A program made the position numbers and the translations under genes. This document shows, piece after piece, positions 37,549 to 47,541 of a DNA stretch of 64,000 nt. Position 1 is the stretch's first letter, and each line of letters starts with the position of its first letter. Below the pieces are notes generated by a model that had not been told where the DNA came from, ran no database searches, and saw only the letters and a program-made list of their open reading frames with translations. Source of the stretch: an uncultured Acidobacteriota bacterium (GTDB taxonomy: Bacteria; Acidobacteriota; Thermoanaerobaculia; UBA5066; DATFVB01); NCBI GenBank assembly GCA_963813155.1, contig CAWEYG010000002.1, positions 160,001 through 224,000 on the forward strand, written 5' to 3'.

Positions 37549-38862
37549 TTATACTCCCGATTCGCCCACGCCCCCGAGCCAGCCTCCCCGGAATCCCGCC
37601 GCGAGAAGGCCGTCGCGAATCGCGCCGCAATTTCTCATGAGCTTCCAGAGAAGGCCGCTGCGGTAGTTTTCGATCATGAGCACGATCGGCCCGTCGTTCA
37701 ACCCGAGATTGACCGGAGAGAGCCAGCCCGAGCGATGCCCGGAGTCGGGAAACGTCGGGTTGAACGTGGATTCGACCCCGTACCGGCTCTGCGAGCCGAC
37801 GCCGATCGTTCCGAAGTACCGGATCGTCGGCAACACGACCTCGGGGCAGAACGGCAGTGAAGCGACGGCCGCCCACGGGGCGATCGTGCCGTCGTCGGGC
37901 CCGTCCGGCACTCCGCGGGCGAGGTACCCGAAGAAGCGGCGGGCCACTCCCTGGATTTCGAGCTCCGCGGGCCCGGGCCCCTCGCTCGCCGTGATGCCCC
38001 AGCAAAGCTCGCCGTAGCCCGCGTATCGGTTCGGGTTCTCGATCGCGTACCGCTGTTGCACGAGTGTCGCGCGGCGGCTGTTCTCGAAATAGTCGATGCC
38101 CTTTTCCCGCATGTATTCGTCCTGGATTCCGCGAAAATCGATCCAGATGTGCGAGAGCTGATGGATGAAGAGTGGGCCCGCGAAGAGGTGCTCAATCCCG
38201 AAGACGCTTCGCCAGTCGTACGTCGCCGTCCAAGCGCGATAGCTCTCCGGCGGCAGCGCGTGAGCGGGCGAACCGAGCCCCAGGACGTACAGAATCAGAG
38301 CTTCGTTGTAGCCGGTCCACCGGCCCGGAAAGAAGCCGTACTCGGGCATCCACCCGAGGGACACCGCGCCGCCTCCATTGCGCGCCCAGTTCCAGTCCGC
38401 GCGGGCGTAAATGCTCCGGGCGAGATCCCGCACGCGGCGCTCGGAGGCGTCGGCGCCGCCGAAGTACTCGGCCACCGCGAGCGCGCCGGCAAACAGGTAT
38501 GCACTGTCGATCGTCGAGATCTCGCAGTCCCAGACCCGTTTCCCGCTCTTCATCTCGAGAAAGTGGTAGAAGAACCCGCCGTTGCCCGTCGCGTCCAGCG
38601 CTTCGCTCTGCTCCGCCTCCCAGAGAAAACCGAGGGCCTCCCCGACTCGTTTGACGGCGTCGCCGCGCCCGAGGAATCCCCGCTCGACCGCCACGGGATA
38701 TGCCGAAAGCGCGAGACCGACCGCCGCGATGCTCGAGGGCGATCCCTCGCGTGTCGAGTCTGCAACGAGGCCGTTTTCGCGGTTTGTCGAATCGAGAAAG
38801 TATTGAAAGGATTCGAGCTGCAGTTTTTCGAGCTCGTCTTCGGAGATCGGGGCCGCGGTCAT
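37549..38862 (-). CDS. Glucoamylase-family (GH144/NdvB-domain-like) beta-1,2-glucan-active protein
   Basis: NGLVAD, SIAAVGLAL, GFFYHF, EISTIDSA, GYNEAL, GPLFIHQLSH, WGITA, MIENYRSG. Confidence 0.85.
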   Translation of the reverse strand: MTAAPISEDELEKLQLESFQYFLDSTNRENGLVADSTREGSPSSIAAVGLALSAYPVAVERGFLGRGDAVKRVGEALGFLWEAEQSEALDATGNGGFFYHFLEMKSGKRVWDCEISTIDSAYLFAGALAVAEYFGGADASERRVRDLARSIYARADWNWARNGGGAVSLGWMPEYGFFPGRWTGYNEALILYVLGLGSPAHALPPESYRAWTATYDWRSVFGIEHLFAGPLFIHQLSHIWIDFRGIQDEYMREKGIDYFENSRRATLVQQRYAIENPNRYAGYGELCWGITASEGPGPAELEIQGVARRFFGYLARGVPDGPDDGTIAPWAAVASLPFCPEVVLPTIRYFGTIGVGSQSRYGVESTFNPTFPDSGHRSGWLSPVNLGLNDGPIVLMIENYRSGLLWKLMRNCGAIRDGLLAAGFRGGWLGGVGESGV

Positions 38863-38942
38863 CCTCGGAAAATATCGCGAATTGCGTCCGCGCTCCCCCG
38901 TCCTCGCCCTTCACGGTAGAATGCCGGAAAAAGGAGGTCCCC

Positions 38943-39236
38943 ATGAAAAGGTTTCTGCTCGCGGCCGCCCTCGGCGTTTCGACCCTTCTGCCCGGCTCGG
39001 TCTTCGCCGCGACGGCCAAGACCTACCAGGTGACGGGCCCCGTTCTCGAAGTCAGCGCCGACATGATCGTCGTTCAAAAAGGCAAGGATCGATGGGAAGT
39101 CGCGCGCGACTCGTCCACGAAGATGAGCGGGGACGTCAAGGTCGGCGACAAGGTGACCATCGAGTATCGGATGACGGCGACGAGCGTCGAAGCGAAGGCC
39201 GCGGCGAAGAGCTCGAAGAAGGCCGCGAAGAAGTAA
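38943..39236 (+). CDS. Small secreted OB-fold-like protein with basic tail
   Basis: AAGGAGG RBS; signal peptide; TYQVTGPVLE...VKVGDKVTIEY. Confidence 0.8.
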   Translation: MKRFLLAAALGVSTLLPGSVFAATAKTYQVTGPVLEVSADMIVVQKGKDRWEVARDSSTKMSGDVKVGDKVTIEYRMTATSVEAKAAAKSSKKAAKK

Positions 39237-39295
39237 AGCGGTTTCGTCGGATGCGAGGGGCCGCGCGCCGCGCGGCCTCGTCTCCGAACCCGGAC

Positions 39296-41069
39296 TCACC
39301 GCTGCGCCGGCGACGCCGCCTCTCCTGGAGATGACGAAGGCGCCGCGTCGGGCGCCCAGCGAAACAGCCCGTCTCCCATCGTGGATACGTAGAGACTCCC
39401 GTTCCCGGCGACCATTGCGCCGGAGACCTGAATCGCGTCTCTCGGCAGCAGGAGCGACGTCGACTGCGCGCCCCGCCGCAGCCAGAGCGTCGACTGGCGC
39501 ACCGAGAATTCGAGAAACGGCGGACCCAGGGCCGGCGAGGCTCGAAAGATTCCTCCCGTGAGAAGAGGCCGGCGGCCTCCCTCGAACACCCTCGAGCCCC
39601 GAAAGACTCCGGAGGACGTCGTGACCTCGAGCTGGGGCGACGCGTCGGAATCCGTCACGAGCCGGGCCTCGAAGGGCGATCCGGCTCACCTCGGTCCTGC
39701 GGAACGTCGAGCCGTCTTCGGAAGTGTAGACGCCCGTGTCGGTGACGACGACCGCGACGGGAAGCGGCGAGCCGAACACCTTGAGGATCCGGCCCGACGG
39801 CGGGCGGGCGGGCGCCGCGAAATCGTGGCCCCCGTCTTCCGAGACGAGCAGCGTCGAGGCGGACGCACAGAGCCAGATCGTTCTCTCCGAGACTCGCGCG
39901 GCGGCGAGAGCGAAAGCGCCGGGCGGGGCCTGCGCGGAAGTCTGCCGCGTTCCGGACGCGTCGGACTCCCAGACCCCCGAGCTCACGCCCGCGTACGCGC
40001 GAAGAAACAGGATCCTCGAGGCCTCGACGGGATCGGCCGCGACGGCCGGCACGCGCGCCTCCTCCAGCCCGTTCGCGGCGGCGAGGGTCGCGCCCTCGTC
40101 GTCCGAAGTGAAGATCCCTTCGCCGAAGGTTCCGAGCAACAGGCGGCCGTTGACCGGATCGATCTCGAGGGCGGACACGTCGAGCGTCTCCCGCGAAATC
40201 CGCTTCCAGCTCTTGCCGCCGTCGTCCGAGCGGTGGAGGCCTCCGACCGTGCCCGCGTACAAAACGTTCGGGTGGCGCGGGTCCAGATGCACGACCGGGG
40301 TCCTCCGGTTCGTGAATCCCGTCGTATAGCGGGTCCACCGGTCGCCGCCGTCTTCGGAGAGGTAGACCCAGCCGCACGTCGAGACCCAGAGCCGGCGCGC
40401 GTCGTGCGGGTCGAAATCGAACGAATACACCGTCGCGTCGAGGACCATTCCCGACGCGATCCTCGACCACGATTTCCCCAGATCCCGCGTTCGAAAAGGC
40501 TGGCGGTAGGTGCCGGCATAAAGCGTCGCCGGGTCGGAAGGATCGAACGCGAGCGCCTGCACGAGGGCGAGGCCGGGGACTCCGGTCCCGGAGGGCGCCC
40601 AGCTCTTCCCGCCGTCGCGCGAGAGGAAGACGCCGTCGTCGCCGCCACAGGCGAGAAGTTTCGGGTCCGCGCGCGACTGCGCGAAGGCTCGCGCGTCGAC
40701 CGACCTCTCCCAGCGCGCGAGCACGCTCCAGGTCGCGCCGCGGTCGGACGAAACGGCCAGGAGCGCGCCCGTCCCGGTTCCGGAGAGCGCGGCCCAGAGT
40801 CTTCCGGGCGTCTCCACGTCGGCCGCGAGGGTCGAGACCACGTATCCGGGGAATTGATTGCCGGCGCGCGTCGGCTCCCAGCTGCGGCCCCCGTCTTCGG
40901 AACGATAAACGTTTCCGCGCGAGGTCCCGCAGAAGACTCGGCCCTTTTCGAAGGGATCGACGACGATCGAAGTCACGTCGGCGCCGCCGACGGGTACCCG
41001 GAACCAGGCGGCCCGGAGGAGGGCGGAGACCGAGAGAAATCCAACCGTTAAACAGACACGGAATGACAC
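39296..41069 (-). CDS. BNR/Asp-box (VPS10/YCF48-like) beta-propeller protein; frameshift near 39682
   Basis: Repeated SxDGGxxW motifs; C-terminal part LYVSTMGDGLFRW in a second frame; TGcTACAAT 8 nt before GTG. Confidence 0.8.
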
Positions 41070-41111
41070 CAAACAGGATTGTAGCATCCGCATCTTTGTT
41101 ATTCTCATCCC

Positions 41112-41981
41112 GTGGGCGCGAAAATTCGAAAAGCCGTCTTCCCCGCCGCGGGACTGGGAACGCGCTTTCTCCCGGCGACGAAGGCGCAGCCGAAAGAGAT
41201 GCTCCCGGTCGTCGACCGGCCCCTGATCCAGTACGCCGTCGAAGAAGCGCGCGATTCCGGCCTCGACCAGATCATTCTCGTGACCGGGCGCGGCAAAAAC
41301 GCGATCGAGGACCATTTCGACGTCTCCTTCGAGCTCGAGGCGATGCTCGCGGAGCGGGGCAAGGAAGAGCTGCTCGCGCAGGTCCAGGAGATCTCGCAGA
41401 TGATCGAGGTCGCCTACATCCGCCAGAAACAGGCGCTCGGGCTCGGGCACGCGATCCTCCAGGCGAGGGACCTCGTGGGCGACGAGCCGTTCGCGGTCCT
41501 CCTCGCCGACGATCTCATCGACTCGAAGGTGCCGGCGCTCGCGCAGATGATCCGCGTCTTCGAGAAGCGCGGGAATCCGATGCTGGCCGTCTGCGAGGTC
41601 CCGCGCGAGGACACCGGGATGTACGGGATCGTCGCGGGGAAGACAATCGAGGAACGGGTTCTCTCCGTCTCCGGCATGGTCGAGAAGCCGAAACCGGCGG
41701 ACGCCCCCTCGAACAACGCGATCATCGGCCGATACATCCTGACGCCCGACATCTTCGAGATCCTCGCGAACACTCCTCCCGACAAGCGCGGCGAGATCCA
41801 GATCACCGACGGGCTGAAGACGCTGCTGACGCGAAGGCCGATCGACGGCTACCTCTTCGAGGGCACGCGCTACGACGCGGGTGACAAGCTCGGCTTCCTG
41901 AAGGCGACCGTGGAGTACGCGCTCAAGCGCGAGGACCTCGGCGCCGATTTTCGCGCGTACCTCCGGACCCTCAAACTCTGA
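41112..41981 (+). CDS. galU: UTP--glucose-1-phosphate uridylyltransferase
   Basis: KAVFPAAGLGTRFLPATKAQPKEML, LGLGHA, VEKP, GEIQITD. Confidence 0.97.
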   Translation: MGAKIRKAVFPAAGLGTRFLPATKAQPKEMLPVVDRPLIQYAVEEARDSGLDQIILVTGRGKNAIEDHFDVSFELEAMLAERGKEELLAQVQEISQMIEVAYIRQKQALGLGHAILQARDLVGDEPFAVLLADDLIDSKVPALAQMIRVFEKRGNPMLAVCEVPREDTGMYGIVAGKTIEERVLSVSGMVEKPKPADAPSNNAIIGRYILTPDIFEILANTPPDKRGEIQITDGLKTLLTRRPIDGYLFEGTRYDAGDKLGFLKATVEYALKREDLGADFRAYLRTLKL

Positions 41982-42014
41982 GCGCGGAGCGCTCCACCCC
42001 GCAAATCCGACACG

Positions 42015-42046
42015 AAAAAAAAGCCCCGCCGGTTTCCCGGCGGGGC
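42015..42046 (-). terminator. Rho-independent terminator of the TonB receptor gene
   Basis: Minus strand GCCCCGCCGG-GAAA-CCGGCGGGGC followed by T8. Confidence 0.9.
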
Positions 42047-42067
42047 GAAGAGAGCTCCGAGAACGAG

Positions 42068-45064
42068 TTAGAAGCTGATGCGCGCTCCAAACCGGAGGAC
42101 GCGCGGGCTCTCGCGCTCTTCGACGCGATTGCCTTTGCCCGGACAGCTCACAGCCGCATTAGCCGCGCCGCAGGGCTTCGTCTGCTGCAGCTGCGCCGCC
42201 TGCTGGAGGACCGTGTCGGCGTTCAAGGCGTTGAACATGTCGATTGACAGGGTCAGGTCAGCCTTCTGGAAGAGAGGAAGAACCTTCTCCGCCCGCAGAT
42301 CGAGCTGGTAGAGGTTCTTCAGGCGGTGGTCGTCGCTGTTGCCGACGATGACGTTGCGCGAGCCCAGGGAGGCTCCCACGTCGCCGCCGGAAACCGACGC
42401 GTAGTAGGGGATCAGGTAGCCCTGGCGGCCGAACAGGTTCGCCGCGACGTTGAAGTTCAGCGGCAACTGGTAGAGGCCGCTGATGTTGAACTGATACTTC
42501 GAGCTCAGGAACACGTCGCCCTTCGAGCCCGATCCGGTGGATTCCTGGAAGTTCTGAACGCCGTCGCCGCAGCTCGCGCCGCCGGTCGTCAGCACGTTCG
42601 TGGGACCCTTCCAGGTGTTCGTCGTTCCGAGGCAGCCGTTGGCACCGCTGACGTTCTGCTTCCAGTCGGTGTAGGCGACGGAACCGTGCATCATCCACCG
42701 GTTGGAGAGCCGCTTCGTCAACTGCAGCTCGACTCCGTTGTAATCCGTCGTGAAACCCGGGTCGTTCTGCAGGATCAGGCCGCCGTTGAACCCGGCCGGG
42801 GCGATGAAGTCGTAGTAGTTGCCCGTCTTGCCGACGATGTTGCCCTGCTGGTCATAGGCGTTCAAGCCGCTGCGGCTCGGGTCGAGCACGAAGTCGGCCG
42901 CCGTGACACCGATGTAGTTCGTGCTGATGTAGTCGAATCGATGGCGGTGCGTGTAGGTCACGCCGGCGACCAGTTCCGGAAGGATCTGATGGTCGACGCC
43001 GAACATGAACTCGTCGGTTTTCGTGTTCTTGATGTTCGACGCAATCTTTTTCGGCGACGTGAGAGCGTTCGGGTTGTTGGGGTCGATGCCGGTGTAGAAA
43101 TACACCGGTCCGAGCTCACCCGGGTCCGCCACGCCATTGTGATTCGCGTCGGTGAAGGGGTACGTCATGTACGTGTAGCCGACCGGGTTATCGTACGCGA
43201 CGCTGCCCGATCCGAGCTGGTCCGCGAACCTCGCGTAAGAAGCGCGAAGAAGCGTGGACTTCTGGGCGCCCAGGGCGTAGGTCAGGCCGATCCGGGGCTC
43301 CCAGTCCTTGTAGTGCAGCTCCGTCGGGCCACCCGGGAAGGCCAGCGCGGGGATGCAGGGGTTCGTCAGAGAGAACGCCTGGCTCGGGTCGCAGGCGGAG
43401 TTGTTGCCCGGCGCGCCCGAAGCGGCGTTGAAGCCCTTCTGGTCGTCGTAGCGAACGCCGACGTTGACCGTCAGGTTGTTGGCCGTCAGCGTGTCGCCGA
43501 TGAACGCATCGTAGTAGGTCATCGTCTCGTTGACCGCCAGGTTGCGCTCGAGCTTCACATACGACTGGCCGCTGCCGTTGTAGTTCAAGTAGTTGATGTC
43601 CTGGTTGCCCGGCCAGGTCGTCTGCGAACCGCCGATGATGTGGCGGTAGCCGAACCCGAACTTGAGCTCGTGTCCGATCGACCCGGTGTTGAAGAAGTAC
43701 GACGCGCTGCCCGTCGCCTGGTGCTGCGGGCGATACGTCGCATAGTTATAGAAGGTTCCCTGCCACACTTCGTTGGCGTCCTGGGTCATGTTCGGCCCGA
43801 GGCCCGCCTGCGGAGCGAGAGCAAACCCGCCGCGCACGTAGCTGTAGGAAGCGTTCAAAACGAAGTTCGGTCCGAAGACCTGCGAGTCGTCCGCCTTCCA
43901 GATCACGGTCGGGCCGCTCTGGTTCCACGCCGTGCCCTGGCCGCGGTTGGAGACCGCCGTGCGCCCGAGCTTGATCTTGTCGCCGCGGAAGTAGAACGCG
44001 GTCGCCGAGTTGGACTCGACCGGCTGGATGTTCAGCTTGCCGGCCCAGTTCTCGAGGGTCGTCAGATCCGGGGCCGCCGAAGAGAGCTTGATCAGGTCGA
44101 TCTGATCGCGCCCGTAGCTTCCCCACAACCACGCCTTGTCGGCCCAGATCGGGCCGCCGGCTTCCACGCCGTAGTCCTGGATGTGGTCGATCGAGTTACC
44201 GCTGCCCACCGAGAGCGTGCTCGGCCCGCCGAGGGCCGCGCTGTACGGGCCCACGGCCGAACGGTTCGCGCGTGCTTCGGTTTCGCTCGGGGTGTCGAAG
44301 ACTCGCGCCGAACCGTGCACTTCGTTGGTGCCGCGCTTCGTCACCATGTTGAGCGTGACGCCCGGGACCGCGATCGAAGGATCCGATCCGCCCGTCGTCG
44401 CCTGCATCTCCTGGAACGCGTCAAAATCATAATAAGTCGAGGACGATCCCAGAGCCGACATGTCCGTCACGGCCACGCCGTCGACGAGCCAGGAATTCTG
44501 GCTGGGATCCACGCCCTTGCCGATGTAGACCGACTGCTGGCCGCTCTCGCTGCCCGCCACGTTGGCCCGGTCGACCTGGACGGAAGGCACCTGCTGCAAC
44601 ACGACCCAGGGGTCGCGCGCCGTCGGAATGCTCTTCAGCTGTTCCTGCGTGAAGTCCGATCCCGAGCTCACCCGGCGCGTGTCGAGCAGCGGCGTCTCGG
44701 AAGACACCGTGATCGTCGTCGCCACCGAGGCGATCTTCATCGGAATCGCGACCTCCGTGTTGGAACCCAGGCTCACCGTCACGTTCGTGCGCTCCACGGT
44801 CGAAAATCCGTTGAGCTCCGTTTTGACGGTGTAGGTTCCCGGCGAAAGGTTGAGGAACCGGAATTCCCCCTGACCTCCCGTCGTGCTCGTCCGCGCGGCT
44901 CCGCCGCCGGACAGCGTCACCGAGACCCCGGGCAGCGCGCCGCCCGACTCGTCGGTGACCTTCCCGTAAATGTTGCCGTACGTCGCCGAAGCTCCCTGCC
45001 CGAACAGGGGCGCGGCGCAGACGGCTGCCATCAGACAGATGGCAAATAGTCTGAACACCTTCAT
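42068..45064 (-). CDS. Oar-type TonB-dependent receptor, intact, 998 aa
   Basis: Signal peptide, GNIYGKVTDESGGALPGVSV, IPTARDPW, VTKRGTN, EPRIG, DMFNALN, PRVLRFGARISF; AGGAG RBS. Confidence 0.93.
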   Translation of the reverse strand: MKVFRLFAICLMAAVCAAPLFGQGASATYGNIYGKVTDESGGALPGVSVTLSGGGAARTSTTGGQGEFRFLNLSPGTYTVKTELNGFSTVERTNVTVSLGSNTEVAIPMKIASVATTITVSSETPLLDTRRVSSGSDFTQEQLKSIPTARDPWVVLQQVPSVQVDRANVAGSESGQQSVYIGKGVDPSQNSWLVDGVAVTDMSALGSSSTYYDFDAFQEMQATTGGSDPSIAVPGVTLNMVTKRGTNEVHGSARVFDTPSETEARANRSAVGPYSAALGGPSTLSVGSGNSIDHIQDYGVEAGGPIWADKAWLWGSYGRDQIDLIKLSSAAPDLTTLENWAGKLNIQPVESNSATAFYFRGDKIKLGRTAVSNRGQGTAWNQSGPTVIWKADDSQVFGPNFVLNASYSYVRGGFALAPQAGLGPNMTQDANEVWQGTFYNYATYRPQHQATGSASYFFNTGSIGHELKFGFGYRHIIGGSQTTWPGNQDINYLNYNGSGQSYVKLERNLAVNETMTYYDAFIGDTLTANNLTVNVGVRYDDQKGFNAASGAPGNNSACDPSQAFSLTNPCIPALAFPGGPTELHYKDWEPRIGLTYALGAQKSTLLRASYARFADQLGSGSVAYDNPVGYTYMTYPFTDANHNGVADPGELGPVYFYTGIDPNNPNALTSPKKIASNIKNTKTDEFMFGVDHQILPELVAGVTYTHRHRFDYISTNYIGVTAADFVLDPSRSGLNAYDQQGNIVGKTGNYYDFIAPAGFNGGLILQNDPGFTTDYNGVELQLTKRLSNRWMMHGSVAYTDWKQNVSGANGCLGTTNTWKGPTNVLTTGGASCGDGVQNFQESTGSGSKGDVFLSSKYQFNISGLYQLPLNFNVAANLFGRQGYLIPYYASVSGGDVGASLGSRNVIVGNSDDHRLKNLYQLDLRAEKVLPLFQKADLTLSIDMFNALNADTVLQQAAQLQQTKPCGAANAAVSCPGKGNRVEERESPRVLRFGARISF

Positions 45065-45165
45065 TGAGACTCCTTCCCGACCCTTTCGGGCCTCTCACAC
45101 GCCAGCCACGCGTCACATTCCTGACGAATGCCCCCGTGGACTCTGGCTTGCCGCTCGTTCTGGAG

Positions 45166-45182
45166 AGCAACAAATTTGCCAG
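45166..45182 (-). promoter_or_regulatory. Sigma54 (-24/-12) promoter of the TonB receptor
   Basis: Minus strand CTGGCAAATTTGTTGCT matches YTGGC-N7-TTGCW; IHF-like TTTCAAACTCTTA at 45200-45212 just upstream. Confidence 0.65.
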
Positions 45183-45326
45183 AGAGCTCGCGCGAACGAT
45201 TTCAAACTCTTAGCTGTCAGAAGATGCGACGGGCTTCGCGAATCCTTGAATTCGGGTTCACTATTCTGAAGTTCGTTCTTTGTTGAAACACAGTACACAC
45301 CGTGCGCGAAAAGCGCGCGGCGCGCT

Positions 45327-45674
45327 CTATCGAGGCGAAAGCTGGGCGGAGGAGAGTGGAATCCGGCGGCGCCATTCTTCGCAGAACGCGTCGACCTGAT
45401 CGTCGGTCAGGCCATCGACGAGGGAAACGATTTTCTTGATGACCTCCGGCCGCGATTGAATTGCCCGGAGAATGCTCTCGGGAAGAAGGCCGGCCGCCAT
45501 CAGCAGCGTGTCGGAATCGGTCCTCAGCTCTCGGGCGATTCGAATGAGGACTTCGGCGCTCGGCGCGGAAACGCAATCGCGCTCGATCCGCGAAAGGTAG
45601 GAAGGACTCAATGAGGTCGCCCGCGCGAGGCTTCGCAGACCGATCCCGCGCGATTCCCGCAGAAGCCGGATCAT
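45327..45674 (-). CDS. XRE-family HTH transcriptional regulator
   Basis: IRLLRESRGIGLRSLARATSLSPSYLSRIER...PSAEVLIRIA; start uncertain. Confidence 0.85.
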   Translation of the reverse strand: MIRLLRESRGIGLRSLARATSLSPSYLSRIERDCVSAPSAEVLIRIARELRTDSDTLLMAAGLLPESILRAIQSRPEVIKKIVSLVDGLTDDQVDAFCEEWRRRIPLSSAQLSPR

Positions 45675-45762
45675 GTTCCCCAGAGAGACCGCAGCGACGA
45701 TCGTGAAGCCGCTCGGGGAGCGAAACGACTCTCTCCCCCGCAAGGAACCGCCGCCGGCCGGA

Positions 45763-46200
45763 TCAATGGGCCGCATGCGCCTCCTGGGGCAAGAGGCTCC
45801 GCAGGAGCGAGACCCGCAAATCGTCCAGCTCGAGGATCTGGCTCGTGTCGAGATCGCGTTCCGCCATCCACCCGACCAGAGCGCGGACGATCGCCGAGTA
45901 GCTGATCGACCGGCCGGACCGATAACGCAGCTCCGCGGCGAGCAACTGGAGCTTGAAGACGGATTCGTTGCTGATTCGAAGGGTCACCGAGCTGGCGCCC
46001 TCGGCCGAGCCGGCGTTGCCCTCGACCGGCAGGTCGCCGAGATCCGGCGAGATCTCCGCGATCGCATCGACGAGAACCTGGACCAGTTTCGCGCGGGGAA
46101 TCCGGCACCCGGTGTCGCGCCGCACCCGGGCACGAAAACCGTCCAGAAAGTAGATCTGACCCGGAGTGAGGCGAAGGGAGGTGGCGGTCACGGTTGGCAT
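45763..46200 (-). CDS. Hypothetical protein with two tandem ribbon-helix-helix-like repeats
   Basis: TSLRLTPGQIYFLD...TGCRIPRAKLVQVLVD and VTLRISNESVFKLQ...SGRSISYSAIVRALVG. Confidence 0.6.
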   Translation of the reverse strand: MPTVTATSLRLTPGQIYFLDGFRARVRRDTGCRIPRAKLVQVLVDAIAEISPDLGDLPVEGNAGSAEGASSVTLRISNESVFKLQLLAAELRYRSGRSISYSAIVRALVGWMAERDLDTSQILELDDLRVSLLRSLLPQEAHAAH

Positions 46201-46351
46201 CGTTTTGCTCTGTTCCCTCTGATGAAACACCCTCGTTCGTCCGCGCCCTTCCATAAAAGCGCGACGACACAAATATAGAACGCCGCGTCCCGCGGAAACG
46301 TTTCACGAATTTTCTTTCCAGCCGATCACCTTCGCGCGGTGGCGCGCCCGA

Positions 46352-46702
46352 TCAGTCCTTCTTCGAAGAACCGTCTTTCCTGGGAGGCTTGTCGGTTTTC
46401 TTCGTCTCGGCCTTCGAGTCCTTCGAGTTCTTCGAATCTTTCGATTCTTTCGAGGACTTCGTCTCGGCGCTCGGCTCGGCGGATTTCTCGGAGCTCTTTT
46501 CCGAAGCGTCGGCGGAGCCGCTCTTTCCCCCGTAGTCCGTGACGTACCAGCCCGAGCCCTTGAACTGAATCGCGGGAGACGACATCAGTTTCTTGAGTTT
46601 TCCGCCGCAGTGCGGGCAGTTCTTGATCGGCTTTTCGTTGAATCCTTGCAGCACTTCGATTTTCTTCTTGCACGAGGCGCAGGCGTATTCGTAAAGGGGC
46701 AT
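46352..46702 (-). CDS. FmdB family zinc-ribbon regulatory protein
   Basis: MPLYEYACASC...CPHCGG...FKGSGWYVTDY with low-complexity K/S/E tail. Confidence 0.92.
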   Translation of the reverse strand: MPLYEYACASCKKKIEVLQGFNEKPIKNCPHCGGKLKKLMSSPAIQFKGSGWYVTDYGGKSGSADASEKSSEKSAEPSAETKSSKESKDSKNSKDSKAETKKTDKPPRKDGSSKKD

Positions 46703-46715
46703 GCGATCGTCTCCG

Positions 46716-47480
46716 TCAGGTTCCCGACGCCTCGCGGTGCGTCCGGTAGTGGATTTTCTTCGCTGAATTGTCGGACTTGCGCTGGATGAGGTCGAGGCAG
46801 AAAAAAAGGAAGAGGAGCCGGGCGTTCGTGGCCGCGTCGGCGGGGCCCTTCCGGCAGAGGTCGACGAACGGCGTCTTCCCGTCTACGAGCGCGAGGTACT
46901 TCTCTTCATCCGAGCTCAGCGGGATCCCCGACACGGAGCCCTCGATGCGTTCGAGTACGGTCCACGACGGCCCGATCCGCTTGACGAGCAGCTTCGGGTC
47001 CGCAACCTTCATCAGTCCTTCGCGGATCACCTGCTCGAGGGGAAGGTCGATCTGGATCTTCTCCTCCGCTCGGAACCTTCCCACTTCGAACGTGACGATC
47101 CCCTCCTCCCAGTCGAAGACCGTCCACAGAATCGCGGAAATCTGCGCGAGCACGGCCCCCGCCATCTGGGTTGAGGTCAACAGGCCCATGTCGATCAGGA
47201 CCTCGCCCTGGCGCTTTCCCGTGAGCGCGATCCGCCGCCCCGACTCGGCCAGCTGCTCCGGCAAAAGGACGCCCCGCCGCACCAGAAACGCGCCGAGCGC
47301 GTCGTCGAGATCGCTCGAGGTCGCGAAGACGACGCGGCCCCCGTCGAGGAAGATCCTCTTGATCGCGCTGGCCCGCTTCGCCGTCACGACCCCGGGAACA
47401 CGGTAGCGATTGATCGTCGCGAGCACCTTCGGGAGAGGCGTCTCGGCGAGGTTTCCGTCGAACTGGAATTTCGTCGTCAT
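46716..47480 (-). CDS. DUF4388/PatA-N domain protein
   Basis: FDGNLAETPLPKVL, IFLDGGRVVFATS, LGAFLV, GEVL, FDWEEG. Confidence 0.82.
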   Translation of the reverse strand: MTTKFQFDGNLAETPLPKVLATINRYRVPGVVTAKRASAIKRIFLDGGRVVFATSSDLDDALGAFLVRRGVLLPEQLAESGRRIALTGKRQGEVLIDMGLLTSTQMAGAVLAQISAILWTVFDWEEGIVTFEVGRFRAEEKIQIDLPLEQVIREGLMKVADPKLLVKRIGPSWTVLERIEGSVSGIPLSSDEEKYLALVDGKTPFVDLCRKGPADAATNARLLFLFFCLDLIQRKSDNSAKKIHYRTHREASGT

Positions 47481-47541
47481 CGGAACCGTAGGATTTTATT
47501 CCGAATCCTCCTCGGAAGGGGGTTCCCGGTAGAATCGTCCC

